DNA of 64,000 bases, taken from assembly GCA_963799505.1 (NCBI GenBank), contig CAWCXM010000012.1, positions 1,601 through 65,600 of the forward strand. Reading direction: 5' to 3'. A model generated the notes under the pieces. That model saw only the letters and a list, made by a program, of their open reading frames with translations, made no database searches and was not told the DNA's origin. This document shows, in pieces, positions 17,300 to 26,851 of the stretch (positions within the stretch are counted from its first letter, which is position 1; each line of letters starts with the position of its first letter). A program made the translations under genes and the position numbers. Origin of the DNA: an uncultured Alphaproteobacteria bacterium (GTDB lineage Bacteria > Pseudomonadota > Alphaproteobacteria > Rhodobacterales > Rhodobacteraceae).

Positions 17300-18730
17300 A
17301 TGCAGCCGACCAACGAGCCAAGTTTCAGAGACAGTGTGGACATCATGTTCAACCGTGCCGTGGCACTGATGGACCTGCCACCGGGGCTTGAGGAAAAGAT
17401 CAGGGTCTGCAACGCGACCTATACCGTCCGCTTCGGTGTGCGCCTGCGTGGCAAGATCCAGACCTTCACCGGCTACCGTTCGGTCCATTCCGAACACATG
17501 GAACCCGTGAAGGGTGGCATCCGCTATTCACTGGGCGTGAACCAGAACGAGGTGGAGGCGCTGGCGGCACTGATGACCTACAAATGCGCCTTGGTCGAAG
17601 CGCCGTTCGGCGGCTCCAAGGGCGGATTGTGCATTGATCCGCGCGAATACGACGAGCACGAGCTGGAGTTGATCACGCGCCGCTTCGCCTATGAGTTGAT
17701 CAAGCGCGACATGATCAACCCCGCGCAGAATGTGCCCGCGCCCGACATGGGCACCGGCGAACGCGAAATGGCGTGGATCGCGGACCAGTACAAACGCATG
17801 AACACGACCGACATCAACGCCGTGGCCTGTGTGACCGGCAAGCCGACGCACGCGGGCGGCATTCAGGGCCGGACGGAGGCGACAGGCCGGGGCGTGCAAT
17901 ATGCGCTGCACGCGTTTTTCCGCGATGCGCGAGGACTGGACAAGGCGGGCCTCAAGGGGCCGCTGCGCGACAAACGGGTCATTGTGCAGGGTCTGGGCAA
18001 CGTGGGCTATCACGCGGCCAAGTTCCTGTCGGAGGAAGACGGCTGCAAAATCACCGGGATCATCGAGCGCGACGGGGCCTTGCACGACGAAGCGGGTCTG
18101 GACGTGGAGGCGGTGCACCAGTGGATCACCAAGCACGGCACCATCGAGGGCTACCCCGACAGCCAGCTTGAGCCGGAAGGGGCCAGGCTGCTGGAGGCGG
18201 ACTGCGACATCCTGATCCCGGCGGCGTTGGAAGGGGTCATCAATCTGGGCAATGCCGACCGCATCAAGGCACCGCTGATCGTCGAGGCCGCGAACGGCCC
18301 CGTGACGGCGGGGGCGGACGAGATCCTGCGCGACAAGGGCACGGTGATCCTGCCTGACATGTATGCCAACGCGGGCGGTGTGACGGTCAGCTACTTCGAA
18401 TGGGTGAAGAACCTCAGCCACATCCGCTTTGGCCGGATGCAGCGCCGACAGGAGGAATCGCGTCATCAGCTGGTCGTGGACGAACTGGAGCGGCTGAGCG
18501 CGGACTCGGGCGTCGGCTGGGAACTGAGCCCCAACTTCAAGGAGAAATACCTGCGCGGGGCGGGCGAGCTGGAACTGGTGCGTTCGGGTCTGGATGACAC
18601 GATGTCCAGCGCCTACGAATCGATGGCGCAGGTCTGGCACGAGCGCGAGGACGTGCAGGATCTGCGCACCGCCGCCTATCTGGTGTCCATCGGCAAGGTG
18701 GCCGCCAGCTACCGTGCCAAGGGGCTCTGA
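17300..18730 (+). CDS. Glu/Leu/Phe/Val dehydrogenase family protein, glutamate dehydrogenase-like
   Basis: The catalytic region KCALVEAPFGGSKGG and the Rossmann motif VQGLGNVGYHAA are present. The protein is 476 aa. Confidence 0.9.
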   Translation: MQPTNEPSFRDSVDIMFNRAVALMDLPPGLEEKIRVCNATYTVRFGVRLRGKIQTFTGYRSVHSEHMEPVKGGIRYSLGVNQNEVEALAALMTYKCALVEAPFGGSKGGLCIDPREYDEHELELITRRFAYELIKRDMINPAQNVPAPDMGTGEREMAWIADQYKRMNTTDINAVACVTGKPTHAGGIQGRTEATGRGVQYALHAFFRDARGLDKAGLKGPLRDKRVIVQGLGNVGYHAAKFLSEEDGCKITGIIERDGALHDEAGLDVEAVHQWITKHGTIEGYPDSQLEPEGARLLEADCDILIPAALEGVINLGNADRIKAPLIVEAANGPVTAGADEILRDKGTVILPDMYANAGGVTVSYFEWVKNLSHIRFGRMQRRQEESRHQLVVDELERLSADSGVGWELSPNFKEKYLRGAGELELVRSGLDDTMSSAYESMAQVWHEREDVQDLRTAAYLVSIGKVAASYRAKGL

Positions 18731-18887
18731 GGCTTGCACGGAGTTGCCGATGACATGGTCCCCTGCGCGGTCACAGGTCGCGCAGGGGCAAATCCACGCC
18801 GCGAAACGCCTATCGGCCCCAGATTGCCATTGATACTGCTGTCCTTGCCTGTTTGGGTATGGGCACAGGACACCGGGGGTATAGGGT

Positions 18888-20142
18888 ATGCGGTTTTCAG
18901 GATTGCGCGTGCTGCGCGAAGGCTTGACCGGCAACAAGGGCTGGGGGCCGCACTGGCGCGACCCGGAGCCGAAGGCGGCATACGACGCGGTGATCATCGG
19001 CGGCGGCGGGCACGGGTTGTCCACCGCCTATTATCTGGCCAAGAACCACGGCATGACCAACATTGCGGTGCTGGAAAAGGGCTATCTGGGTGGTGGCAAC
19101 GTGGGGCGCAACACCACCATCGTGCGGGCGAATTACGGCCAGCACGGCAATTCGGAGTTCTATTCCCATTCGCTGAAGCTGTGGGAAGGTCTGGAAGAAG
19201 ACCTGAATTACAACGCGATGCATTCGGCGCGCGGGATCATCAACCTGTTTCATTCAGACGGCCAGCGCGATGCCTTTGCCCGGCGCGGCAACATGATGAT
19301 CAATCAGGGCGACGATGCGGAACTGCTGGACCGCGAGGGCGTGCGGCACCTGCTGCCCTATCTGGATTTCGACAATGTGCGCTTTCCCGATCTACGGCGG
19401 TCTGTTGCACCGGCGCGGTGGCACGGCGCGCCATGACGCGGTGGCCTGGGGCTATGCGCGCGGCGCGGACCAGCGGGGGGTGGACCTGATCCAGCAGTGT
19501 GAAGTGACGGGGATCGACATCGAAAACGGTGTGGTCAAAGGCGTGCAGACCACGCGCGGTGCGATCAAGGCAAAAAAGGTGGGGATCGTCGTTGCGGGGC
19601 GTTCGGGGCAGGTGGCGGCAATGGCGGGCATGCGCCTGCCGATCGAGAGCCACATCCTGCAGGCCTTTGTCACCGAAGGGCTGAAACCGGTGATCGACCA
19701 TGTGGTCAGTTTCGGCATGGGGCATTTCTATATCAGCCAGTCCGACAAGGGCGGGCTGGTGTTCGGGGGTGATCTGGATTTCTACGCCTCCTATGCGTCG
19801 CGCGGGAACATGCCGATGATGGAGCATGTGATGGAGGCGGGCATGACCCTGATGCCGATGATCGGCAAGGCGAAGGTGCTGCGCTCCTGGGGCGGGATCA
19901 TGGACATGACGCCCGACGGCAGCCCGATCATCGACAAGACCGATACGGAAGGTTTGTTCATCGACTGCGGCTGGTGCTACGGCGGGTTCAAGGCGGTGCC
20001 GGGATCGGGGTTCAGCTTTGCCCATCTGATGGCGACGGGTGAGCATCACGCCCCTGCGGCGAAGTTCCGGCTGGACCGGTTCCGCACGGGGCGCGGATTG
20101 ATGGACGAAGAGGCCACGGGGTCTCAGCACAATCTGCATTAG
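18888..20142 (+). pseudogene. soxB: Sarcosine oxidase beta subunit, interrupted by a +1 frameshift
   Basis: The FAD motif DAVIIGGGGHGL is at the N-terminus (frame 0, ORF 18888-19436). The C-terminal 250 aa are in frame 1 (ORF 19315-20142). The junction is at the CCC run 19386-19388: ...DNVRFP | IYGGLLHRRGGTARHDAVAWGYARGA. Deleting one base restores a 417-aa protein. Confidence 0.9.
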
Positions 20143-20171
20143 TGCGGGGCTGTGAGGGCGGAATGAGTTGT

Positions 20172-20687
20172 ATGGGAAAGATGAAGTCGGGACGGTGCGC
20201 CTTGGGCGGGATGGTTGCGCTGGGGGTGACCGGGGCCGCGCTGGCCGCGCCCGAAGGCTGTTTCGAGCGGCGGTACGATGCGGCGCATCTGGCGCGGAAC
20301 CCGGATCAGGTTGTGGCGGAAATATCGGTCGCCTTCGGGGATTTCGACGGGGATGTGACGCCCTGGATGGATGTTCGGGTGCGGGCCGCCGATCAGGGCC
20401 ATGCGGCGCAAGCGGGGCAGGGCGGTGGGCTGTTTGACAATATCGCGCGGTGCAGCCCGTCGGATGCCACGCTTTATGGCTGGTCCTGTTCGGTGGAATG
20501 TGATGGTGGCACCCTGAACATCGAGGCGCTGGATGATCGCAAGCTGGTCATGTCGACCGGATTTTTTCTGGTGGGGACCGGCGACGATTGCGGCGGCGAG
20601 ATGGATCTGGCCGAACAGCCGACGCAGACCGTGACCTATCGGTTGAGCCGGGTGCCGGACCAACGCTGCGCCGGACGGTGGGAGTGA
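20172..20687 (+). CDS. Hypothetical secreted cysteine-containing protein inside the sox operon
   Basis: A signal peptide MGKMKSGRCALGGMVALGVTGAALAAP is present, and no domain is recognised. It fills the soxB-soxD gap on the same strand. Confidence 0.5.
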   Translation: MGKMKSGRCALGGMVALGVTGAALAAPEGCFERRYDAAHLARNPDQVVAEISVAFGDFDGDVTPWMDVRVRAADQGHAAQAGQGGGLFDNIARCSPSDATLYGWSCSVECDGGTLNIEALDDRKLVMSTGFFLVGTGDDCGGEMDLAEQPTQTVTYRLSRVPDQRCAGRWE

Positions 20688-20733
20688 TGGTCCGGTTGAA
20701 AACGCTGTCGGCCAGGTCCGAGGGAGACGAGAC

Positions 20734-21015
20734 ATGAGAATTGACTGTCCGATATGCGGGTCGCGGGACCGGCGGGAGTTCTACTATCAGGGTGCGGCGG
20801 TGATGCTGGCCCGGCCAGCGCCGGACGCGGGCGAGGCGGCCTGGGACAGCTATCTGCATCTGCGGGACAATCCGGCGGGCGCGACGGAGGAGTTGTGGCA
20901 GCATGACGGCGGCTGCGGCAGCTGGCTGGTGGTGACGCGGGATACGGTGAGCCATGCGATTTCGAAGGTGGAACAGGCGGCGGATGTGAAACGCGCGATG
21001 CGGGCGGCGTCATGA
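20734..21015 (+). CDS. soxD: Sarcosine oxidase delta subunit
   Basis: MRIDCPICGSRDRREFYYQG is a zinc-ribbon start. The protein is 93 aa and overlaps the soxA start by 4 nt. Confidence 0.9.
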   Translation: MRIDCPICGSRDRREFYYQGAAVMLARPAPDAGEAAWDSYLHLRDNPAGATEELWQHDGGCGSWLVVTRDTVSHAISKVEQAADVKRAMRAAS

Positions 21016-23949
21016 GGGTTGCGGGCAAGGGGCTGATCGACCGCAGCAAACCGCTGCGCTTCACTTTCGACGGCAAGACCTATCGCGGGTTTGCGGGGGA
21101 TACCGTGGCCTCGGCGCTTCTGGCCAATGGGGTGACGTTGATGGGACGGTCGTTCAAATACCACCGCCCGCGGGGGGTGCTGACCGCCGGCAGCGAGGAG
21201 CCGAACGCGTTGATCACCACGGGCAGGGGCGCGCGCGCCGAGCCGAACGTGCGGGCGACGGTGCAGGAGGTCTATGACGGCTTGGTGACACGCTCGCAGA
21301 ACGCCTGGCCGTCCCTCGATTTCGATGTGATGGCGGTGAACGATCTGGCGGCACCCTTTCTGGGGGCCGGGTTCTACTACAAGACGTTCATGTGGCCGAG
21401 GCGGTTCTGGGAAGCGATCTATGAGCCGGTGATCCGCAAGGCGGCGGGTCTGGGGGCGCTGAGCGGGGCGTCCAATCCCGATACCTATGAGCGGGCCTAT
21501 GCATTCTGCGATCTGCTGGTGATCGGCGCGGGGCCTACGGGTCTGATGGCGGCGCTGACGGCGGCACGGGCGGGGGCGGATGTGATCCTGGCCGATGAGG
21601 ACAGCCTGATGGGCGGGCGGCTCAATGCCGAGACCGGCGCGGTGGGACATACCTCAGGCGCGGTCTGGGCGAAGGGGATCGTGGCGGAACTGGCCGGGAT
21701 GGACAACGTGCGGCTGATGCCGCGCACCACGGTGACGGGCGCCTATGACGGCGGCATGTACGGGGCGCTCGAACGGGTGAACCAGCATACGTCACGGCGC
21801 GGGGGCGGTGCGCCGCTGGAGGCGTTCTGGCGGATTTCGGCAAGGCAGTCGATCCTGGCGGCGGGTGCGCTGGAGCGGCCCGTTGCCTTTCAGAACAACG
21901 ACCGGCCCGGCATCATGACGGCAGGCGCGGTGCGGGCCTATCTCAACCGTTGGGGTGTGAGCCCCGGCAAGCGGGTCGCGGTCTTTGGCAACAATGACGA
22001 TGCGCATCGCACCGCGCGTGATCTGGTGGCGGCGGGGGTGCATGTGGTGGCGCTGATCGACAGCCGGCACGATGCAACGGTCAAAGGGTTTGACGGGCAG
22101 GTCTTCAAGGGCGCGCAGGTCTGCAATTCCGGCGGGCGCAAGGAACTGGAAAGCATCACGGTGCGCACCGCGACGGGCGAGGAGGCCTTGCAGGTCGATT
22201 GTCTGGCCATGTCGGGCGGCTGGAACCCGACGGTGCATCTGACCTGTCACATGAACGGGCGGCCGACCTGGCGCGAGGACATCCAGAGTTTTGTGCCGAC
22301 ACCGGGGCGCGATTCCGCACATGACGGTGGCCGGGGCGTGCAACGGGGTGTTTTCGACCCGTGGCTGTCTGAGCGACGGGGTCGAGGCGGGCAAGGCGGC
22401 GCTGAAGGCGCTGGGCAGGAAGGCGGCAGAGGTCGAGGTGCCGGAGGCGGAAGATGCGCCCTATGCGCTGGCACCGCTTTGGGCGGTGGCCGGCAAGGGG
22501 CGCGCCTGGCTCGATTTCCAGAACGATGTGTCGGTCAAGGATGTCAAACAGGCGGCGGTGGAGAACTTTCGCTCGGTCGAGCATATGAAACGCTATACCA
22601 CGCAGGGCATGGCGACGGATCAGGGGAAGAATTCCAACGTGGCGGCGCTGGCCATTCTGGCCGATGCGACGGGGCGCGGGATACCCGAGACGGGGACGAC
22701 GACCTTCCGGCCACCCTATAGCCCTGTCGCGATTGCGGCGATGGGCGCGGGGGCGCAGGGCCATGGATTTGCGCCCGAGCGGCATACGACATCGCACAAG
22801 CGCACCGTTGAAATGGGCGCACCGATGATCGAGGCGGGGCTGTGGTACAGACCCAGCTATTTCCCGAAGGCGGGAGAAACGACCTGGCGCGAGTCCTGTG
22901 ACCGGGAGGTGGGATATGTCCGCAAGGCGGTTGGTGTCTGCGATGTGTCCACCCTGGGCAAGATCGACATTCAGGGGCCGGACGCGGGCCAGCTGCTGGA
23001 TTTTGTCTATACCAATATGTTTTCGACCCTGAAGGTGGGGCGCGTGCGCTATGGTCTGATGCTGCGCGAGGACGGGATGGTGATGGACGACGGCACCACC
23101 GCGCGGCTGGGCGAGCATCACTTTGTGATGACGACGACCACCGCGGCGGCGGGCAATGTGATGCGGCATCTGGAGTTCGTGACGCAATGTCTGCATCCCG
23201 AATGGCAGGTGTCCTTTACTTCCGTGACGGAGCACTGGGCGCAGTTTGCGGTGGCCGGACCGAAGGCGCGGGATCTGCTGAACGGGCTTCTGGATGCGCC
23301 GATCGACAATGACAGCTGGCCGTTCATGGCCTGCGGGGAGGTGTCGATTGGCGGTGTTGCGGGGCGGCTGTTCCGCATCTCCTTCTCGGGCGAGCATGCC
23401 TATGAGGTGGCGGTGCCGTCACGCTATGGGGCCGCGCTGTTTGACGAATTGGTGAAACGGTCGCAGGCGCTGGGTGGCGGACCCTACGGGATGGAGGCGC
23501 TTAATGTGCTGCGCATCGAGAAGGGGTTCATTACCCACGCGGAGATCGAGGGGCGGGCGACGGCCTTCGACATCGGCATGGCGCGGATGGTGTCGGCACA
23601 GAAGGATTGCATCGGCAAGACGATGGCGGCCCGGCCCGGTCTGGTGGAGGAGGCGCGCCCGCAACTGGTTGGCCTGAAACCGGTGTCGGCGGACGGCAAG
23701 ATGACCGCAGGTGCGCATCTGTTCGAGCGGGAGGCGGAAGCGGTGCGGGTCAATTCGAAAGGGCATGTGTCCTCTGTCGGCTATTCGCCGGATCTGGGCA
23801 GGATGATCGGGCTGGGGTTCTTTTCGAACGGCCCGGCGCGGCGGGGCGAGGTGATCCGGCTGGTGGATCATCTGCGCGGGGTGGAGACGGAGGTCGAGAT
23901 CTGCTCTGCGGTCTTCCTTGATCCGGAAGGGGAGCGGGCGCGTGGTTGA
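21012..23949 (+). pseudogene. soxA: Sarcosine oxidase alpha subunit, interrupted by a +1 frameshift
   Basis: About 430 N-terminal codons are in frame 0 (ORF 21012-22721). The remainder is in frame 1 (ORF 22291-23949) and includes the aminomethyltransferase-like C-terminal domain. The junction is at the GGGG run 22304-22307. Deleting one base gives a 979-codon gene. Confidence 0.9.
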
Positions 23950-24484
23950 ACTGAAGGAAACGAGCGCCTGCGCGGGGCTTTTGCCGGTCACCATCGGGTC
24001 GGTGACGCTTGAGGAAATGGCGGCGGAGCGCATGACCGCGATAGCGCCGTTCGGCGATGGGTCGGCATTCAGCGGGGTTCTGGAGAAAGCCCATGGGATG
24101 GCCTGGCCCGCGCCGAACCGGAGCACCGGCAAGGACGGTGCGCGGTGCATCTGGTTCGGGCGCGGCGAGGCGCTGCTGATCGGGCCGGCGCCGGACGCCG
24201 CCCTGCGCAAGACGGCGGCGGTGGTCGATGTGTCGGACGCCTGGGCGGTGGTCAGCCTGCAGGGGGCGGGTGCGGTCGATGTGCTGGCGCGGCTGGTGCC
24301 TGTCGATCTGCGGGCGGGCACGTTCAAACGCGGGCATACGGTACGGACACAGGTCATGCATATGTCTGCGTCGATCACGCAGGCCGGACCGGACCGGTTC
24401 AGGATCATGGTGTTCCGCTCGATGGCGGGCACTTTGGTCCACGATCTCAAACAGGCTATGGCGGCTGTGGCGTCACGCGGTTAA
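23942..24484 (+). CDS. soxG: Sarcosine oxidase gamma subunit
   Basis: Size and position follow soxA as expected. A GTG at 23942 overlaps the soxA TGA. The alternative upstream start at 23918 is the one listed in the ORF track. Confidence 0.75.
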   Translation: MVELKETSACAGLLPVTIGSVTLEEMAAERMTAIAPFGDGSAFSGVLEKAHGMAWPAPNRSTGKDGARCIWFGRGEALLIGPAPDAALRKTAAVVDVSDAWAVVSLQGAGAVDVLARLVPVDLRAGTFKRGHTVRTQVMHMSASITQAGPDRFRIMVFRSMAGTLVHDLKQAMAAVASRG

Positions 24485-24517
24485 TATGGTCCGAACGATG
24501 GGTAGGGAGTACAGGGT

Positions 24518-24829
24518 ATGATGCGATTGAGTGCAATGGCGGTGTTGGGTCTGACCCTCGCGGGGGGGCCGGTTTCGGCGCAGACGACTGCGGAAAAGGC
24601 CGAGACCTGCGGCCATCAGGCGGCAGTCGTCGCCGCGATCCAGCAGGCGCGGCTGGACCGGGTCCGCGAACGTCAGGTGCAGGCCTATGTGCTGGAGAAG
24701 GCCAATTGGCCCGAGAACTACAACACCGCGATCCCGCTGCTGACCCCCTGGGTCTACGAGATGAAGATGCGCGACGTCCGCAATCAGGATCTGGCCGCCG
24801 CCTGGACGGAGCTGTGCTTGCAGCAGTGA
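24518..24829 (+). CDS. Small secreted hypothetical protein
   Basis: A signal peptide MMRLSAMAVLGLTLAGGPVSAQ is present. The protein is 103 aa with two Cys. Confidence 0.55.
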   Translation: MMRLSAMAVLGLTLAGGPVSAQTTAEKAETCGHQAAVVAAIQQARLDRVRERQVQAYVLEKANWPENYNTAIPLLTPWVYEMKMRDVRNQDLAAAWTELCLQQ

Positions 24830-25061
24830 TGGGGATGGGGGGTTAAAGGGGCGCGGGGAGTGGAAGTTCGCTGCGGGTTGCGCCAAGGGCAGCTATGCGC
24901 AGGGAGCCGACCCTGCAAAGTTGCGAACCGTGGTCGCCCATCGAGACACGACGGCCCAAACCGGACACTTAACGGCGCACTACACTTCAGCGACCGCAGT
25001 CTCCATAGCGGAAAATGACTCACTCGACGCCCTTACTTTGATCCATACGAACTCATGCTAC

Positions 25062-25709
25062 CTAAGCAGCCATATAGCCCTTAAGATGAACTTTGTTTTC
25101 TAGCAAGTCGCTAAACATTCTCATCAATCCGATCGTTCGGTCTGCTAGTTCATCCAAGTCATCTTTAGCAATGAATGTATCTTCGCCATGGGCAATGGCG
25201 TTGCGCCTCTTTAGGAGGATCGCATCAATGAAGTTTTCATGCGTTTCAAAGTCGTCGCTTGGTATTTCACAAATTAGGCAAATTTCACGCATAACCTCTG
25301 AGTTTAGGTTGGACCTTGTGTTTACGAGATCATCATTCACACGGGAGAACCGCTTATTTGATGCCGATAGAATATCATCTAACAAAGCGCATCTTGACGC
25401 AGCGCTAGTTCTACTTGTTGAGAGCGCCGATAGTCTTGGGAGGAAGTAGTTTTTTAAGAACTGCGGGCTTAGCCTTGCATACTCAAACTTGCGCAAAGCA
25501 ATATGAGTTAGGTATAGCTTTGCAGAAGTTCTAACATGCCCTTCCCAGTGGGCATAGGCCACTGCAACCAATGCTCTTAGAAGTACTTTCTCCAAGGAGT
25601 GATCCGCTCGTCGGATCGCCGTCTTTAGATCAGAAATTTCGAGGATGCGCCACGTTCTGTCAGATGTGACCAACTGAGTGAAATCATCGGCAGTGTAGGG
25701 CTTGCTCAT
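25062..25709 (-). CDS. HEPN-domain protein (MAE_28990/MAE_18760-like), predicted RNase effector
   Basis: The 215-aa all-helical protein has a C-proximal LKRRNAIAHGED, giving the Rx4H HEPN motif (R169...H174, nt 25188-25205). Its ATG overlaps the upstream TGA (ATGA at 25706-25709). Confidence 0.75.
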   Translation of the reverse strand: MSKPYTADDFTQLVTSDRTWRILEISDLKTAIRRADHSLEKVLLRALVAVAYAHWEGHVRTSAKLYLTHIALRKFEYARLSPQFLKNYFLPRLSALSTSRTSAASRCALLDDILSASNKRFSRVNDDLVNTRSNLNSEVMREICLICEIPSDDFETHENFIDAILLKRRNAIAHGEDTFIAKDDLDELADRTIGLMRMFSDLLENKVHLKGYMAA

Positions 25710-26851
25710 GGCCTAAACCACGTGTCGCCAAAAGGAACGGTTTTCTGAATTCTAGTGGTGCCGCGCATTCCAGGTGACACAAAACTAGCAACTTCCGCTT
25801 GGCTCCAAAATGCTTGGGACTTTTCTTTCACAAACCGAACTGGGTCGTTGTGTTGTTGAATAGCTGTGAGGTTTTTTGCAACTCCGACTGCGATTGCTTC
25901 TAAACCGACTAGACCCACACGACCATTGTACGTGCCGCTGTCAAACCGCCGTAGTGCATCTCCCCCAGCGGCTTGATGCAACAGGTCGATTGTCGAGTTG
26001 ATTGTTGTAGTCGCCTTTGTAACTTCACCAGTTGTGGCCAGCTCTACAATTCCCTCATCAATATATTCGCCGACATCCAACTTTCCATCGTAATCTACAA
26101 ACGTGTGAACCAAAAATCTGACGGCCATCTCAATATGCCGTTGTTTTTCTGTTTGATTCTCGCCGAGGCCAGTTACGGCTAGAAATTTATCGGCCTCTGC
26201 CGCTAATTTTATTGCGCGATAGTAATTGGCGTTTACCATCAAAATAATGCAGTTTCTGATTTCCTGTTCATTAGCCGCGGTTCCACCAGCATTCAGTCTC
26301 TGAAACAAGTCGAACTTAGTCATGCTGTCACTTGGGCGCTTAAGAATCTCAACGCCAATCCGTGACCGCTTTATGGCTAATTGTAATCTGCGATCCAATT
26401 CAACTTGGTCTGCTTCAATCACTCCTTCGATTGCTGTGCTTTTTTCCCAAACAACATTGTGTAGGGATGGCAAATATTTCGTCAATTCCAAGATTGATGG
26501 TGGGCTGACAGCACCCTCTTCGTTCTTGAGTTTGCCCATAAACTCAAGAATAGTCGATAAACGTTGGAGACCATCCACCAACTCCCATTTTCCGTTTTCG
26601 AGCTCGTACACGAAGATTGATGGCAATGGGATTCCAAGAAGGAGCGACTCAACCAATTTTGACTTCTGACCAATTTCCCACCGAAAAAGTCTTTGGAATT
26701 CAGGCGCAATAATGATGTCTCCCTCATCATAGAGGTTTACCAGTTCACCGATGGACATCTGAAACGCGTCGGTCCGTACGTTGCGTTGGGCGGTATCAAT
26801 TTCGTCTAATAGCATTCGCTTCGTTTCCAGTGCATGTTTGGATGCAAGCAT
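25706..26851 (-). CDS. DUF262 (ParB/Srx-fold, GmrSD-N-terminal-like) domain protein without a DUF1524/HNH nuclease domain
   Basis: It carries the signatures APEFQRLFRW (aa 49-58) and ELVDGLQRLSTILEF (DGLQR at nt 26561-26575). The protein is 381 aa, and the C-terminal half shows no His-Me finger motif. Confidence 0.8.
   Translation of the reverse strand: MLASKHALETKRMLLDEIDTAQRNVRTDAFQMSIGELVNLYDEGDIIIAPEFQRLFRWEIGQKSKLVESLLLGIPLPSIFVYELENGKWELVDGLQRLSTILEFMGKLKNEEGAVSPPSILELTKYLPSLHNVVWEKSTAIEGVIEADQVELDRRLQLAIKRSRIGVEILKRPSDSMTKFDLFQRLNAGGTAANEQEIRNCIILMVNANYYRAIKLAAEADKFLAVTGLGENQTEKQRHIEMAVRFLVHTFVDYDGKLDVGEYIDEGIVELATTGEVTKATTTINSTIDLLHQAAGGDALRRFDSGTYNGRVGLVGLEAIAVGVAKNLTAIQQHNDPVRFVKEKSQAFWSQAEVASFVSPGMRGTTRIQKTVPFGDTWFRP

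Noticed and set aside
18760-18788. A perfect 10-bp hairpin (cccctgcgcg ... cgcgcagggg) after the glutamate dehydrogenase gene, considered as an intrinsic terminator.
   Set aside because: No U-tract follows (the next bases are CAAATCC). It may be a REP-type hairpin or a Rho-dependent site, so it is not called as a terminator.
17528-19024. A 498-aa minus-strand ORF overlapping the glutamate dehydrogenase gene.
   Set aside because: It is antisense to a gene with strong family motifs. The translation is R/H/Q/A/G-rich low complexity, typical of shadow ORFs in high-GC DNA, and has no recognisable domain.
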